The notes under the pieces: model-generated | Database searches by the model: none | The model's input: only the letters and a program-made list of their open reading frames with translations | What the model was told of the DNA's origin: nothing | From: Psammoneis japonica | Taxonomy: Eukaryota | Assembly: GCA_008632985.1 (NCBI GenBank) | Contig: QPGO01000008.1 | Coordinates: forward strand, 166,979-230,978 | Length of the DNA stretch: 64,000 nucleotides | Reading direction: 5' to 3' | Translations under genes and position numbers: made by a program | In this document: positions 12,768-27,235 of the stretch, one piece after another | Layout: each line of letters begins with the position of its first letter | How positions within the stretch are numbered: the first letter of the stretch is position 1

Positions 12768-13879
12768 TTACATTATGACGCAATCTTGCTCTCCAGCGGC
12801 ACCTTGCGGCATTCCCATGTCGTCAAAAACAAGCCCAGGCGCAAGCTCTTGAACGATTTCCTCTGGTGGTTGCCCGTATTCTTGTACACGTTCCATAAGT
12901 GTGATAAGAAGTTCTGTGTTGTCTGATTGGGTTTCATACACGTTGACAAGCTGTTTGAAACATTCCAGCTGTTTGCAGCGTCTTTTAGGAGGTGAACGAT
13001 GAACGGCAATGGGCCAACTAAGCTAGGACCACAAACACAAAACCATTCGGCAAGCAATAATATAGAAACGTACCTGTCATATTCTTCGGTAGACAACGTA
13101 TCTTTTTTTGATTCCAGCCAAACGGGGAACTTATCACATACTTGCTTCATGGGTTCATACATTAACTCCTTGGAAAGCAATTGCTGCATCATTCCGTCCA
13201 TGAGTGCGTCTGAAGGATCATCGCCTTCTGCTGAGGGCATGAACTTTTCGAACTCTCGTGTTAACTCTTCCATCATTTTGGTTGCCTCGTCCATTTCATT
13301 TTCGCTCGTGGCAGGTTCATTCAAGTTCTCTAGCAGAGCATCAATAGCTTTATCTACGCCTTGTTCTCTGGGAGGAGGAGGAGGAGGAGGCGGTCCAGCG
13401 ACTGGAGTTCTCGATTTTGGGGGCTTGGATTCTTGATCAGAATTGATTGGCTGCCGAGTCGTCGCCTCGCTACCAATTTCCGCCTGAAATTCAGATTGAA
13501 GTTGCTGCATGAAGGAATTCAGCATTGCGGCAGCCTCGGCATCTTGAGGATCCAAACTACCGCTCATAAGTTGTTTCATCATTACATCCAAAGAATCGTT
13601 TGCCGTCGCTTTCTGTTTCTCATCACTTCTGGTGGAGCTCGCGTCTGACTTTTCCAACAAGGGTGCTGACTTGCATGCTGGAGCCGTACGACTTCTTGTC
13701 GATGATTCAACCTCTGCCGTAGATGATTCGTCTGAACAGATCGGCACGTTGTCTCGCGTGATGATCTCGCTGTCGCTGTTGTCGCTGTCGTCCAGCTCGT
13801 CTAGCGCTTCATCGAGAATCGCATCGAGGTCCGTTTGCTGCTCGTTACAAGAAGGTGCTCTTTTTGTGGCGTTGCTCAT
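12768..13879 (-). CDS. PEX19: Peroxin 19; exons 13879-13074 and 12981-12768
   Basis: N-terminal DLDAILDEALDEL; core MDGMMQQLLSKELMYEPMKQVCDKFPVWL. Removing the GT-AG intron restores ...QEYGQPPEEIVQELAPG and a terminal CaaX box, CVIM*. Confidence 0.92.
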
Positions 13880-15094
13880 TTCCTTACAAAGACTGCGGGT
13901 GTTGATTGCTGGTGTTATGTGGGCGTTATCTACTCCATCTCTATGGATACATAAAAGTGCCGGTAGTAGATTGTAGAGAGAACTGACTTATTCGGTGCGG
14001 TGTCTTCTTTCCTCTTCTCATTCGATTCATTTTTTTGAGATTTGTGCACTGTGCGTCCGTCGGTCGCTCATTTATCGACCGCAATGATTTGGCGCACACG
14101 AAACATCGCAGCAATGTTCCACACAATGCGGAGAACACACTCATTGCTTGAAGTTTGATTCAGTCCAAATTGGTGTCTGATTTTTGATTCATGCCGACTG
14201 AGCTCCAGCAGAAGCTTTTGAAGCCCAGCGCAGCTGGCTCAAAGTCTGTTGGTGAAAATCAACACTGTGGGGACGACTCAGGTGCACCAGCACTTCCAAA
14301 AGGCGCCTGGTGCCAGCCAGACATGTGGGAGGAGATCAGACAACTTCAAAATCGTGGAAGAAGGGGGGGGGGGTCATCAAGCCCATGAAAACCCATGGCA
14401 TCAGTGTGGCAAGATCTCTTGAAAGGAGGCATCAAAGGAGCCAGAACAAGAGTGCAAGTTTTTGGTGTTAAATGGACAGTGTGCCGACAAGCTCCTTGCC
14501 AAACTTTTGAGCCCCCACAGTCTTCTTCTTTTTCTTCTTTCCGGGCAAGAGAGAACTCAAAATCTTGGTGCCCAAAGAGAGCTGAGCCTGCCTGCCACAC
14601 AAATCAGACCATCATGCTGTGCGCCAAAAAAGCCACAGATTTGTGACAAAGAGTGCAGGCTGGAGTTGACACACAGTCTCAAGGAAATTTGCAAAGGAAA
14701 GAAATCTAAAACAGCTGCTGGGATGATCAGCACAATGGACAAAAAGTTGTTGGTGCTGAGTCTCACTTTCCCAATCTTGCAAACAGGTGTGGGTGGGATG
14801 TCTGTGACATGTTTTCATGCTGAACCAGAGTGACACTTGCCAACAATTAAAATTTCCACATGTCTGCCCAGTGTCTCTGCCGATCTTCATTGCACATGGA
14901 TGTTGACTCTGTTTCTGGACAGCTGAGTCACAAACAATTGAGCTGTTTTTGCTCATTTTAAGTTGCCAGTTTTGCTTCTTGTTGCATCAGCATTTTTTTT
15001 AATGTGCCAAATTTGCATGCATTCCCCCCTTCTCCTTCCATTTGCAATCTGTTTCTTTTCTGCTTTGCTCTGTTTCTGTTGAATCTATCTGGTG

Positions 15095-15187
15095 CACTCT
15101 CCATCGTGAGTCTGTGCATGGACCATTCTTCACGCGCGCTCGCACGCACACGAAGGTGGTCGACGCATGGACTCATGATGGAGAGTG
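15095..15187. mobile_element. 93-bp MITE with 31-bp TIRs and a 9-bp TSD
   Basis: Arms are cactctccatcgtgagtctgtgcatggacca (15095-15125) and tggtcgacgcatggactcatgatggagagtg (15157-15187). Flanks are tatctggtg and aatctggtg. The TIR is shared with the element at 51576-59349. Confidence 0.85.
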
Positions 15188-15242
15188 AATCTGGTGCACC
15201 CCTGTCACAATCCACTCTGTCCTGGTCAGATGTCTGACAACA

Positions 15243-18200
15243 ATGACCAGTGTGCTCTCTGCCAACATTTCCAAAGGCATCCCCAGCATTCTTCTTTCTT
15301 GCTCCGTTGGGCTGCAACGATGGATCTTCCTCTTCCAACACCACTTCCTGAGTGACGATGGTGCCTCCAGCATCTCTTTTGATGTGTCAGGGCCTCTCAA
15401 CCATTCCCTTGATTCAAGCACCAAAGGATTCTTGTCCCTGTCTCTTCATGATGGCAATCTGTCCTGCCTTTTTCTGGATGCCAGTGATCAAGAGTTTCAA
15501 CCCTCCACCCATGGTGATCGCTCCTCCAATGAAATGCCGGGGGATTTTTCCTTTGATGATGATGTTGTCTGTTCTCATCATGTGCTGGCACCAGAAGAAC
15601 TTGGCATTGGCTCTCTTGCCCCAGACCCTTCCGATGATGGCATCTGCCACAATGTCATTCTTTTCCTGGAGGAGAAGTTCTGTGTTCTCTCAGCACAATG
15701 CTCTGTGTCATTTGGCGCACTTTGTTTGGAGGAGATGGAAGAAGCTCAAATGTTGCAACCTCCATGCATTTGTGAAACCAATGCCACCAAGAAGCTTTGT
15801 CCGGTGGAGGAAGAGTTGGCTGTGATGATGAAGAAGCATTGTCTCTCCCATGGTTTGCACAAGGCTTTTCTTTGTTTGGCCAGACGTGCCAAGGAGAGTG
15901 ACTGTGAGTGCAAGTCTCTCTCCCATTCTGCCACCTTGCAATGATGCATGAAAGCCAAGTGTGCCAGTTGTGTGGGCCCAGAGCCCATTTGCTCCACAGT
16001 GCATGTGGAACCACCCAAGTTCCCCCAATGCATGTGTGCCAACTTTCCTTTCTGCATCATGTGAGAAGGGCACTCCAGATCCCCAGGTTTTCCAGTCTTG
16101 TCAGTGGTTGTGCCATGAGAAGCACTGCTCAAAAACAAACAAGCACATTTGTGACTCTCTTGACACTGGAGACTGGTGGAAGCAAGTGGAGCATGATCTC
16201 AAATCTTCCCTTGATGAACTGGGCAATGGCTGCCCCTCTGGGTCACACTTTGTTTGCCCAGTTGTGCTGTTTGACAATTCCACCCTTTGCAACAACACAG
16301 GTCATCTGCAAGCACAACCTGTTCTTGTGACATTGGGCAATTTTAGCAATGAGTGTCATTGCAGCCACTCCCTTTGGCCAACACTTGGAATGGTGCTGCC
16401 ACACCCAAAGACAAGCAACGAGTGCACTGCTGACCATCAGTCAAAGCCCAGACAGGAGACGCACATCAAGTTCTGCCACAGCACTTTGCATGAAATGTTC
16501 ACTGAGTTGCTCCAACTGTCAAAGAAAAAGACTGGTTTCCCAATTGTGATGCCATCTCCCAGCTTTGTCCATCTCCACTTTCAGTTGTGTGTGACGATTG
16601 GTGGTGCAAAAGGTGACAATCACATGGCTTGTCACTTGTCACTGCAACTCCCATTCCAGCAACACATCCCAGATGAATGGGGGCTGTGACACACCACAGT
16701 GTTTTGGCAACAATCCCTTGTTCAGCTGCAATTTGGTGGAACAAGACAACATCCAGGGGACAGTGGAGGCTGCCACAACAGTCATGAAGGAAAGGCATCA
16801 TGGCAAGGCAACTGCAGCTCACAAATGGTGCAAGGACATTTCTCAGCACCTGGCTTGTCCCGTGTTTTGGGAAATCCCTTGCACTTGGGCCTTTGCAAGC
16901 ATCTGCTTCATGCCTTCTTTAACCTGCTTCATGTCCCAGAAAACATGTTGTCATGGTGCAGCAAACATTGTGGTGATGGGGAGTGCACAATGGACAACCA
17001 ATTGTCCATCACATTCAAGGAGCTCCAGAGCTGTTCGACAAAGCTGATTTCAAGAGATGCTTCAGAGTTGCCGCACATGCACCCAGGAGGCAAAGTGATT
17101 GGAGGATGCCAAGAACTCCATTTGAGAATGAAGTCACTGACCAGACTCATCCATCTGGCCAAGAGCAAGCAGGTTTGTTGCTTGCAACACTTGCTGCAAT
17201 GAAAGGCATGCTTTCAAAGGAAGACAAAAGCCTTGAGCCACTGGAGAGTCACTTTGTTTGCCTGATGTTCATGTCTTTGGGATTGGATGCAGCATTGTCT
17301 CTGTCCTCTGACAATGAAAGCTTTCTCACCACTTGGCTCCAGAAATGCATTCTCAAGCATCTCCAATTGTTTCAATTTGTGGTCAGCTCATTCAGAGAGT
17401 GCCATTCTTGGTCTGGACTTTGCACATCCAAGTTCAATGGCTTTCTTCACTTCCTTTTTTACATTTGTCAGTGCGACGATGCCAACAATTTTTTTGGCAG
17501 ATTCTGTGAAGCTCTTCTCAAGATGCTTTTGAAGCAACCTGCTAAAAACACAAGCAATTGGCAAGACAGGCTCAACCTTGATGTGATGAATTGCTGCTGT
17601 GAGGACCTTGTGGTTGGAGAATCAGAGAAGCATTTGGTGGAGGCAGGTTGGCTGCATGCACAAGAGTTTCAGGCTCCCACATCTCAACCATCAAGAAATT
17701 GTGGATGCACAGACCCTGTCACTGGATTCAAACTGCATGAATCTGCATGATGACAGCCACTTGGGCTGCAAATGTGGATGACAACAATGCCACATGGTCT
17801 GTAAAATGTGGTGACAAAAAGTTGCAGACACTGTCATGTCCGTTTGTTCCAGGCCATTGTGGCAATGAGTGGGTTGCATCCTTGCCAGATCATGCAGAAC
17901 ATTGTGCAGCCTCCCCCCTTGATTTGCTTGTGAACTTTTGCTTTGGATGCAATGCTCCAGGCCCAGTCAATGATGAACATGACATTCTAAGATGCCACCC
18001 AAACTTTCACTCCCATCTGTGGGAACAAAGGAGTTGGCATGATTGGGCCGTGGTGAACTGGGATGAGAACAAAATGAGCTGTTTGGTCACAGCTCGTGTG
18101 TTGTCATGAGCAACCTTCAAAAATCAAACAATGAAATGCAAATCCACAGTTTGTGCAATCCAATCACTTCAGAGCTTCACATCAACCAAAGATTCACTCC

Positions 18201-18436
18201 TGACCTTTTTCTTCAGTGATGAAACAGAGTCAGAAATGAGAGTTGTTGATGCTTCTGAGATGCCATCTGCCACCTTCATTCTTCCATTGACAAGGTTGCC
18301 ACAAGACCTCTTTCCCAACAGTTTGGAGGATGGCACTCATTTTGTTGTCATCCCATCAAGAATTGACTGGCGCAACATGACTCTGTCCTTGATGGAGGAA
18401 CATTTGGACCCTGAACATTTGGATGAACACTGGTGA
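15243..18436 (+). pseudogene. Plavaka-type (CMC/EnSpm-related) transposase relic, broken by stops and frameshifts
   Basis: LDTGDWWKQ...VCPVVLFDNSTL...GHLQAQPVLVTLGNF; SKFNGFLHF...NNFFGRFCEALLK...KQPAKNT; LRCHPNF...WHDWAVVNW. These resemble the conserved Plavaka blocks in the expected order. Confidence 0.7.
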
Positions 18437-21400
18437 GTTGTCCAGAAGTGTTCAGAATGCAAGGACAAGGAGATGGAAAAGCCTGCCAGGTGCATCATTG
18501 AGAGCTTGGGCAAGGCAGTGCCAAACACATTCTGCGAGGCTTGGTTCATTCATGAAGAGTTGACAGAGTGGCACAAGAAGTGGTGGGCAACCACCAGCAG
18601 GCTTCATGGAATGGCAAAAGAGTTGCCCCACAAACAGAGATGAAAAGTTGTGCTCCATTGAGGATGACAACCTGCACACAACCCTCACCATCGGAAGTGG
18701 CTGTGGTGGCAGGGCTTCTGGCATTCACATTGATGTGCACAGTGTGTCTGTGGGATGGAGGGGATTGCCACACTTCCATTGCAACCTCGCCAACAATGCA
18801 AACATTGCCCTCCTTGCACATGTTCCAGTCAGAAGAGGTGTGTTGCAACCCATCTTGGTTTCGCAATGGGCAAAAACCATGGCTTGTTTCTGTGCAGGAC
18901 AATTTCATCATGGACCAGCCCACGTGGGAACTTGCCTTGCTCATTTGAACAACTTGTTTGTCCGCGCAAGCAAATCAAACATGTTGCTTGGGCCCAAGCC
19001 AGAGTGGATTGGTGACTGCAGCAAAAGTGGGAAACCAAGCAAAACTTGCCAATGGCACATGCAACAGATGAGGTGTGCCAAAAAAAAATGTGGAACCTCA
19101 CATCCATTCATGATGAAGATTGGTGGTGGAGCCAATCAAATTCAAAAGAACAGGAATGAATGGTGTGACCCAAGCAGCACAGGCTCTAACAAGGATTGGC
19201 TCTGTCTGCATGAGAAGTTGGACAGGATGGAACCAGTTCATGACTGCGGTGAGGAACCCAAAATTTGGTGACACTTGACTGCGGTGAGGAACCCAAAATT
19301 TGGTGACACTTCAGGAAAGGCCACAATTGTGATGACAGTGCATGTCATGAGCTCCAGCTGCAGATGACAGATGAGGTTGCTGCAGCCAGAACATTGCAAA
19401 TGGGTGTGACCAAAAAACACATCAAACTTTGGCAGATCCATGAGCCTCATCAAACATGTCATCATTGTCTTCCACAGAACAATCTGGCTCCTCTGTCTCC
19501 TCTGTGGCTCCATTTTGTCTGGTTGCACCTCATCGTCACACTGCATGGAGGGTGGGAAATCAACTTGTTCCACCAGGGGCAATTTGCTTTTGCCTGTTCC
19601 CTCATTGCGCAACAAAAAATCAAGAGTTGATCCAACCAGAATGTTCATCGCAGGAGCAACCAAACCTGCATTTGTGGCAGAAGCTGGCTGATTTGATTCC
19701 TCCACCTCCAAATTGTTGTTTGACAAAACAAAGGCAAGCCCACACCCTGAGCTGGGGTTGCCTGGCTCATTCAGAGTGCCATCCAATGCCCTGTTGGAGC
19801 TGATGACAATGTCACAATGCTTCATGAAACATGCAATGTCTGGGATGGCACACTTCTGCTTGAAATTTGCCAACAGGATGTTGGCAATGAAATGATCATG
19901 CAAACGTGCACATTCTTGAACAACAGCATCCTCAGCAGCTGGGTTGCTTCTTTCAGGTGCCACTGGCACATCATCCACACTCTGCAGGCTGTCAATTGGA
20001 TCATCCTTGTGATGCTGGAACACATTGGTGGGGAGAAACTTGACAGCAACCAACTGGGCAAGTTCCTCCTGAGTGGCACTCTCCATGCAGTGGGCCACAG
20101 TTGGCCCATTGTTCTTGGCGCAGCATTTGGCAACTTTGTTGTGGCTCTGCTCATGGTCTTTCATTGGTGTTCAAGTGCAACAAAGGCAGACAGCAACAGG
20201 CAAGAAAAAATCCACCCACAGAGATGGAACTGTTTGTCCAAAGTGGCAGACAGCACAGAGATGGGCTGCATCATGACAACATGCGATGACACCATTTTCC
20301 TCATCTGCCAATTCAATGCCAGCAGGAGGGTCATTGAACAAGTCAATGGGAGTGTGCCAACCTGCAAAAGACAGATGAACCAAAAAGCTGTCATGAGTGA
20401 TGCAGAGAACATTCAGAGAAAAGAGGGAAAGGAGTGGCATTGCCTTCAACACCATGATTGGAGCCACAGACTCTGTGATGTTTCTCAAACATGCTTTGCA
20501 TGATGGTGGGAAACAAGGTGCTTTCAGCCTTTGGTGACAGAAATGTGATCAATTTGTGTTCAAAGGTGGGGCACAAAGATGCTTTGTTCTTGATTCATGA
20601 AGTTGAGGGCTGAGGGTTGATGAACTTCAGGTTTGTTGAATTTGTTGTCAGACTTGTCCTTGTCATTTTTTGGGTGTTTTGGGAAGACATGTTCCCAAAC
20701 CATCATTGCAAAGGGACATTCAGAGGTTGCACTGGCACCCAGGAGTGAATGGAAATTCATGGTGTTCCCCATCTCTTGTTCAGATGGAAAACCAAGAGAG
20801 AGCAGAAGAGCACAACCCACCTTTGAGTTGTCCACTTTCTTTGCAAGATTGGTCTCCAAAGTTGTCATTTCACTGGCACAAAGGATCTGTTTCTGAGCTT
20901 TCTGGAGAGAGGTGATTGTCTTCTTGGCAGTGGCAATTTTGGCCCCATGGGCTTTGCACTTTTGCTGCAGCTGCTTGCACATCTTTCCATTTTGGTTTTT
21001 ACAAAGGTCACGTGTCTGCCAGCAAAACACAGCCACACTCTGCATTTGTTGCCAGACATTTCTTTTGGGCAAATGCCAGAGGTGGCATGGTGCTCAGAGG
21101 CTCTGAGCAGCATGGGAGTCTTGCAGGAAGGGACTTCATTGCGCTCCTTGAGAAAGTTGAGATCTTTTTGTTGAACCACAGGGGAGCAAGCCCAGTTGTC
21201 CAACACATTGTCCTCAGAGGCATTGGCTTCTTCATTGATGGAGGCTGCAGCCTGCAGCAGCAGTGGCACATCCTGGGTCACTGGCTGGTGGAACAGCTCC
21301 AGACAAAGAGCCTTGATGTTGCCAAGGGCTTGTCCTGGAGCCTTGCCTGGGCTGCCTGGGAGGACCTCAACCTTGCGCTTGAGCACCGTGAGAGCACCAC

Positions 21401-24400
21401 CACCACCACCTCTGCCATGACCACCAGCAGCACTGGCACAACTGGCGTTGTTGCAGCCAGCACCTTGTGGGTTCTCCTTCTTCTTTTTTCTTGGTGGCAT
21501 GGTCAATGAACACATCAAATGGCAAAAGGTTGTTGATTGAAGTCCCAGAGCAGGGAGTGTGCAAGCGCGAGTGTGAAAATTTCAATCTTGACAAGAACAC
21601 ATTGATGTGATAAAATCAAACTTGTCAAATGCATGCTCGACACCAATGATTGAATGATTGACTGAAATTGTTTCAAATCATTCAAACCATTGCAACATGA
21701 CACAAACATGGACTTTTAAAACAAAATTGATGCTGAAAAAGAGATGCTGACCAGAATCAACTGACAGACATGCTCGTCTTTTTGCTGAAAACACGAATTG
21801 TTGCTGCCTCACAAGACACAAAATTGCAAACTCAAGTTGCAATGTCTGACAATGAGAGCAGCGGGAATGGGCAATGGCATTGTGGATGTGATGGAGCAAA
21901 ATGTGGGACAACACAAGGTGATGAGAAAGAGGAAACAAGTGGCAAGTGCATGGAGACAGGACAAACAATGCAGGTGACTGACACTTGCACAAATTTTTGC
22001 ACACAGGAGACATCCAGACTCGTGACCGAGCTGAAACAGAAGACGGGCAGCAGGGAGGGCACAAAAGTGTGCAGCAGCAGTGCACAAGACTGGCTCACAA
22101 GAAACACAAGACATGCACAAATCTGATCATTTGCACAAAGTTTTCTCTTGTTGCAGGCAACGCTTTGGCCCGCCAAACAGGAGGAATGTAAGACAGATTG
22201 TTGCAGGATGATGTTGTTGCCTGGTGCAGACAATCATGGAGAGAGTGAGAGTGGTTGCAAGGGAGGACACAAGGACCAAAACAGGACACCCATTGTGTGG
22301 GAACTGCAAAGGATGACTGGAGCTGATGCAATGCAGGAGAAAAACAAGGATGGGAAGAAAAAGGGAGCATTTTTTAGCATTCAGTGTAGAAACAACAAAA
22401 TGGGACATTTGCGAATCAGATGATGAGCAGCACACAGCCAGTGTGCAATCAGGTCAATGAGACAATTGAACATCATTGTTTTCAGAAATGAACAATGTTG
22501 GAAAGTTGTTGCAAACACATGGTTGTTGAGACAGAAACAAATGCAAGTGACAAGTTTCATTGACTGTCATTTCCCACTTGTTGGAAGGTCAGTTTAAGTG
22601 TGGACAGAATCAAAAATGATGTCAAAACACATGGACATAAAAAATTGTCAAGAATGTGTGCATGATGAGACTGATTTGCATCAACTGCTGCACCCCACTT
22701 GGAAGGTTGAAAGGATTGTTAAATTCCCTTTGTCAACAATTGTCAAGGACTTGTTAAGAACACAGGATTCTGAACAAGAGCACGTGAATTCTGAACAAGA
22801 GCCACAACATTTTCCAGATGGAAAGCCACTCTGTGCATCACTTGTGAAGTGGAGAGACACTTTTTGGATGGAGCTCAGCTTGGTGGGCACCCGTTTTCCA
22901 GAAACAACACCCTTGTTGACAGCACCCTCCTTGCCAGAGCCATTCTTGATGGTTGCTCTTCTTTGTTTCTTGACGGGCATGCTTGCCCTTCCTTTGTTTT
23001 GGCTGGGGCCAAAATGCAGCACCTTTCATGGTGCCACAAACAATGGCTCAAAATGTTGGGCTGTGCTGGTTGTTGTGCTCACAAGATGTTTGCTGAGCAG
23101 CTTCATTTGTTTGTGAAAAGAAGCCAAGCCCTGAGTCTCACTGCAAACACGTTCAATGTGCATGGCCAAGGGCAGCACATGGCCAATGGTCTTGTTCTGT
23201 TTTTTCTGCCTGGACAATGAAAGTGACTGCTTGGCACAAAACAACAGCTGCCATGGAAGCATGCACTCAAAAATTGACCAAGGCTCTCACCAGCTGTTTG
23301 ACTGTTCTTGTTGGCACATTTGTCCCAGCCTGGCTTTGTTGAAAGGAAAAGTTTGGAGATGCTGCACTTTGCCTTCTCACCTTGAACATCTTTGACAGAG
23401 TGCCTGTTTGATGCTGCTGGTTCTTGATGCTGGGCTGAGTGAAAAAAATGAGACAGGTGCACCCTCAACACATGACCATCCAAACAATCTGATGCTGCAT
23501 CTGTGAGAACCACTCAAAGAACATGAAAACACAAACCACAATGTCAACAACATGGTTGCTCCAAAGACAAAGAAGTTTGCTTCTTGTGAGCTCAGCCTGG
23601 AGGAGTGGAGTGACAAAACAACTCTGGTGGAGTTCAGAATTTGAGCAGCCGCACCCACGGGGTGACCCACACATGCAGATGAAGAACAGATCATGCCTTT
23701 TGAAATCAAGTGGCCACTCTGCAGGCAGTGGGAACAAACATGCCACACTGACAATGCCCTGGTTGTTCACTTTGATTCAAGCCTGACAAATGGTTCTTGC
23801 AACACTTGCAAAATCTTTGGTCAAGTGGCCACTTTTTTTTGCAGCACCTGGGTTTTGATGTGAGACAAGGACCACAATCTGAGGGTGTGGCAACTTGAGC
23901 AGGAAGGAAGCAGGCTCATTGGTGCTTTGTGATGCAAGCTTGGCCACTCTGCAGGAAATTTGAAGGCTGGATGAAAGAAGCTCTTTGACTTCTCTGGTGT
24001 GGCAAAGCAAGTTTGAAGTGATGCTTGCAATCTCAGCAGCTGAGCATCTTGAGCAAAACAGGAGCTTTGGGAGGTGTGCTTCTTGTGGAGAGGTGGTCAG
24101 CCAGCAGTGGGCAACTTCAGGCATGGCTGGAGGTTTGAGAAGACCAGACAAAGAAAGTTCTGTGGCTCTCTTGGCACAATGAGATCTTCATCATGTGGGT
24201 GAGCAACACACACAACAATGTTGAAAAAGCAGTTTGGTGACCCGAGCGCACATGTCGTCTGGCACATGTGGCTTCAGAGCCACTCAAATGGTGGTCGGAG
24301 GCACCTCACAACCTTCACAAAAAAGGCTGCCCTCTGTCATGCACACCGTCTTGGTTCAGGACGTCAACATGAACAGTCATTCAGCGTGCGTTCAAAGCTG

Positions 24401-24805
24401 CAGAGGCCATGCATGGTGAAAGCACACATCTACGGCTGCCAGGTGGCATGGTGGTGGTTTGTCAGTTGTGGGGTCTTCAGACAATAAAGAAGAATGTCCG
24501 GTCATTCATCAACGGCAAGTGCTGTACATCATGAAGGTGCTGATAAAATTTGTTTCTTTTTCGAATTTGTCATTCTCACATTATATAATATACAGTATTT
24601 TTGATTATTTGTGTGCCAATGACCGTAAAGGTCATTGTTTGAATGACCATTCTGGATTCTAGCGTTGCGTGACCATCCGTCGTTCACAAAACGGTACAAG
24701 AATAAGTGCTCTCGTGCTTCTTCAGGAAAACGGAGGCCTGTTCTTGCTTCATCTGAACAAGTAATGAAGAGACGGAACGAGAGAGACGGAAAGTATTTCA
24801 TTTCA

Positions 24806-27235
24806 ATGCATCGAATTTGTGTTGTGATTGTAATCGCCGGTTGCATGGCTGTCGTTCGTGCTCAAGACATGTGTGGCATCTGCCAGGGAGTGTATTGTGA
24901 TCCAAACAAATCATCAGCAAATAAGCTCTTGTGTGATTTAAGATGCGGCTCTCTTGCCAATTGTGAAGGCTGGAATGAACTCCGCGCTCGAGAGTCGCAA
25001 CAGACTTCGAGACCCACGCCACGACCAACACGATCACCGACTCGTAGACCAACCCGATCACCGACTCATAGACCGACCAAAAATCCAACAAAAAAACCGA
25101 CTCCTCAACCCACGACATCTCCAAGCCTCGCCCCTACTACAAAGCCAACGACGCAACCTTCTCGTGCGCCGACAACATCGCCAACACCAAGTGTGCCTCC
25201 TACAACGACACCAACAGCACGACCATCTCGTGTGCACACAGCATCGCCTACAGCAAGGCAAACGGCATCTCCTACAAAGAAACCGACATCACAGCCATCT
25301 CTTGGGCCAACGATCTCACCAACGACCGCAACGTCAGTTCCAACAAAGCAACTTACCGAGATGCCGTCACCATCACCAACCCCGGCTCCAACGCCTTCAC
25401 CAACTAGATCTCCATCGATAGAACCAACAAAACAGCCCACCTCCCGTCCAACAGCACCTCTGACTGATATGCCCACACAAATGCCAACTCCAACCCCAAC
25501 GTCAGCAACAGCTGATACAACGTCTCCATCAAACATTCCTATGCCGGAAATCAAAGCATTGCCAACCCATTGCAAGAACTGCAAGGAGAACTCGTGCTTC
25601 TCGATGCCATTACCTGGTATGGAGGTCAATTGCAGGAGATGGAACTGTGAAACTCTTGAGGGATGCTATTTCGGTGGTGATCTCAGCAATGCTCCTCCCC
25701 CGGTAGATCTTGAAACTGGAACTCCATGCACCTCAGATGAACAATGTCTCTCGGGCGTATGTCGCAACGGTGCGTGTATGGCGTCCTCGGATTGCTATCC
25801 CGTCAAGCACGACTACGGGACACCGTTCAACAAGAATACGATCAATCTCGTTTTTGTGGGCTCGGCATTTGATAGAGCTAGTCATGAGGAGTGGAGATTA
25901 CAAGTTAACCAAACGTATGACTACATGAAGAATTACAGCATGTTCGCGCAAGAGAACGAACAGTTGAATGTATTCATGGTCGATCAAGAGAGTCTCGATC
26001 CGTCGTTTTGTGTCAATTCTTGTGCCGGGATTGAAAGGTTGCTGTGTAAGTACCTAATTTGACATTTACTTTGTCGATCATGCTTTGCATACTTACAGAA
26101 ATCGTTCTATACAGGCTGTGATCTATTTAGAGCCAAAGCTATCTCAGAGAAGTGTTTCCCAGCCGCAAGCAGTGCTTTACAAACAATCGTGATTCACAGG
26201 GATGGCATGTAAGGCGCAAAATTATCTCGTTTATACTGACTCAAACTTTGTCATGAAGGATTATCACGGTCCCTATAATGCCGTTTTCGCCAATTCGCTG
26301 ACACACTTCCCATGTACTTGTCGGCCAGGTACGGAGGAGCCGGATACCCCTACGAGAACTTGGCTACAATGTCAGTCCATCCAAAAGGCGCGCAAATTGC
26401 AGTTCATGAGTTGGGTCACTCGTTATTTGAATTGGCTGATGAGTACTCATACGGGCCTGGAACAGACCGAGATCCTAATTGTGCGGCAACCAGTGACTGT
26501 TCGAAATGGTCTGACCTTATTGGACGAAAACTCGATGAATACAATGAAGTGACCTGTATGCCAGGTTGTCGGAACAACAACTACTTTGTAGGAAACGTGT
26601 CATTCATGTCGTCACTGAGCAGCCCTGTCGGTGCAGTGAATACTCGTTACACGTGCTGTACGTACTTGGCCTTAACGAAATCATTCCCTTCATACTGTCA
26701 AGTTTTTGACTTTGAGCCAGGATACTTGGTAAATTTCTGCCAGGGCAACGACTACCAGAATTACGGAAAATCTAACTACAACGAGCAACCGAAGCTCTCA
26801 ATTAGTACGGGGGCGGCGTTTAAAGACAAATCCAAGTACATGTACGTGTCAGAGCCTCTTTTGGTGGAAGTGCGTCTGAATCACAAGAAGGGTCGCGCCC
26901 AAGTGGCAGGCACACCTGTGTCGGGAGCACCTGGTTTGTACCGAAAGAAACGGGTGATAGGAGACTACAAGAGACTTTCTCAGGCCAAGGCAGCTGGGCT
27001 TGAAAAAGTTGTACGTGTAAAAGTGACGTATCGCCAGGGTACTCAGCGATTCTTTCTGTCAACGAATACCACCATTGAAGTTCCATCACACGCATTTGTG
27101 AGCGACGATATCAAGAGAGAACGAGTAGCCGTGTCTGAAAATGCTGAATTCGTTAGCCTCGTTCTCGACGTAAAGGGACGATCGTTCAAGAGAATTCAAG
27201 CCAAGTTTGTGAGCGCGGGTACCCCGATACAGTGA
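24806..27235 (+). CDS. Secreted M64 (IgA-peptidase-like) zinc metallopeptidase with Cys-rich modules and a Pro/Thr/Ser stalk; exons 24806-26045, 26115-26208, 26329-27235
   Basis: Signal-like MHRICVVIVIAGCMAVVRA and a long xPT tract. Two GT-AG introns join the frames (RLLC/CDLF; DGM/YGGAG). Zinc motif AVHELGHSLFELADEY. Confidence 0.8.

Larger units (their letters stand above)
14150..24480. mobile_element. Second decayed TE block, depleted in CpG and TpA, containing a Plavaka relic, a MITE and unclassified minus-strand ORF relics
   Basis: Same dinucleotide skew and spurious-ORF pattern as 1-7870, with sharp edges next to PEX19 and the M64-like gene. Confidence 0.8.

Noticed and set aside
19241..19310. 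2x35-bp tandem (also 2x23 bp near 36248 and a 21-bp-period repeat near 22765)
   Set aside because: Ordinary local slippage duplications with no sign of function.
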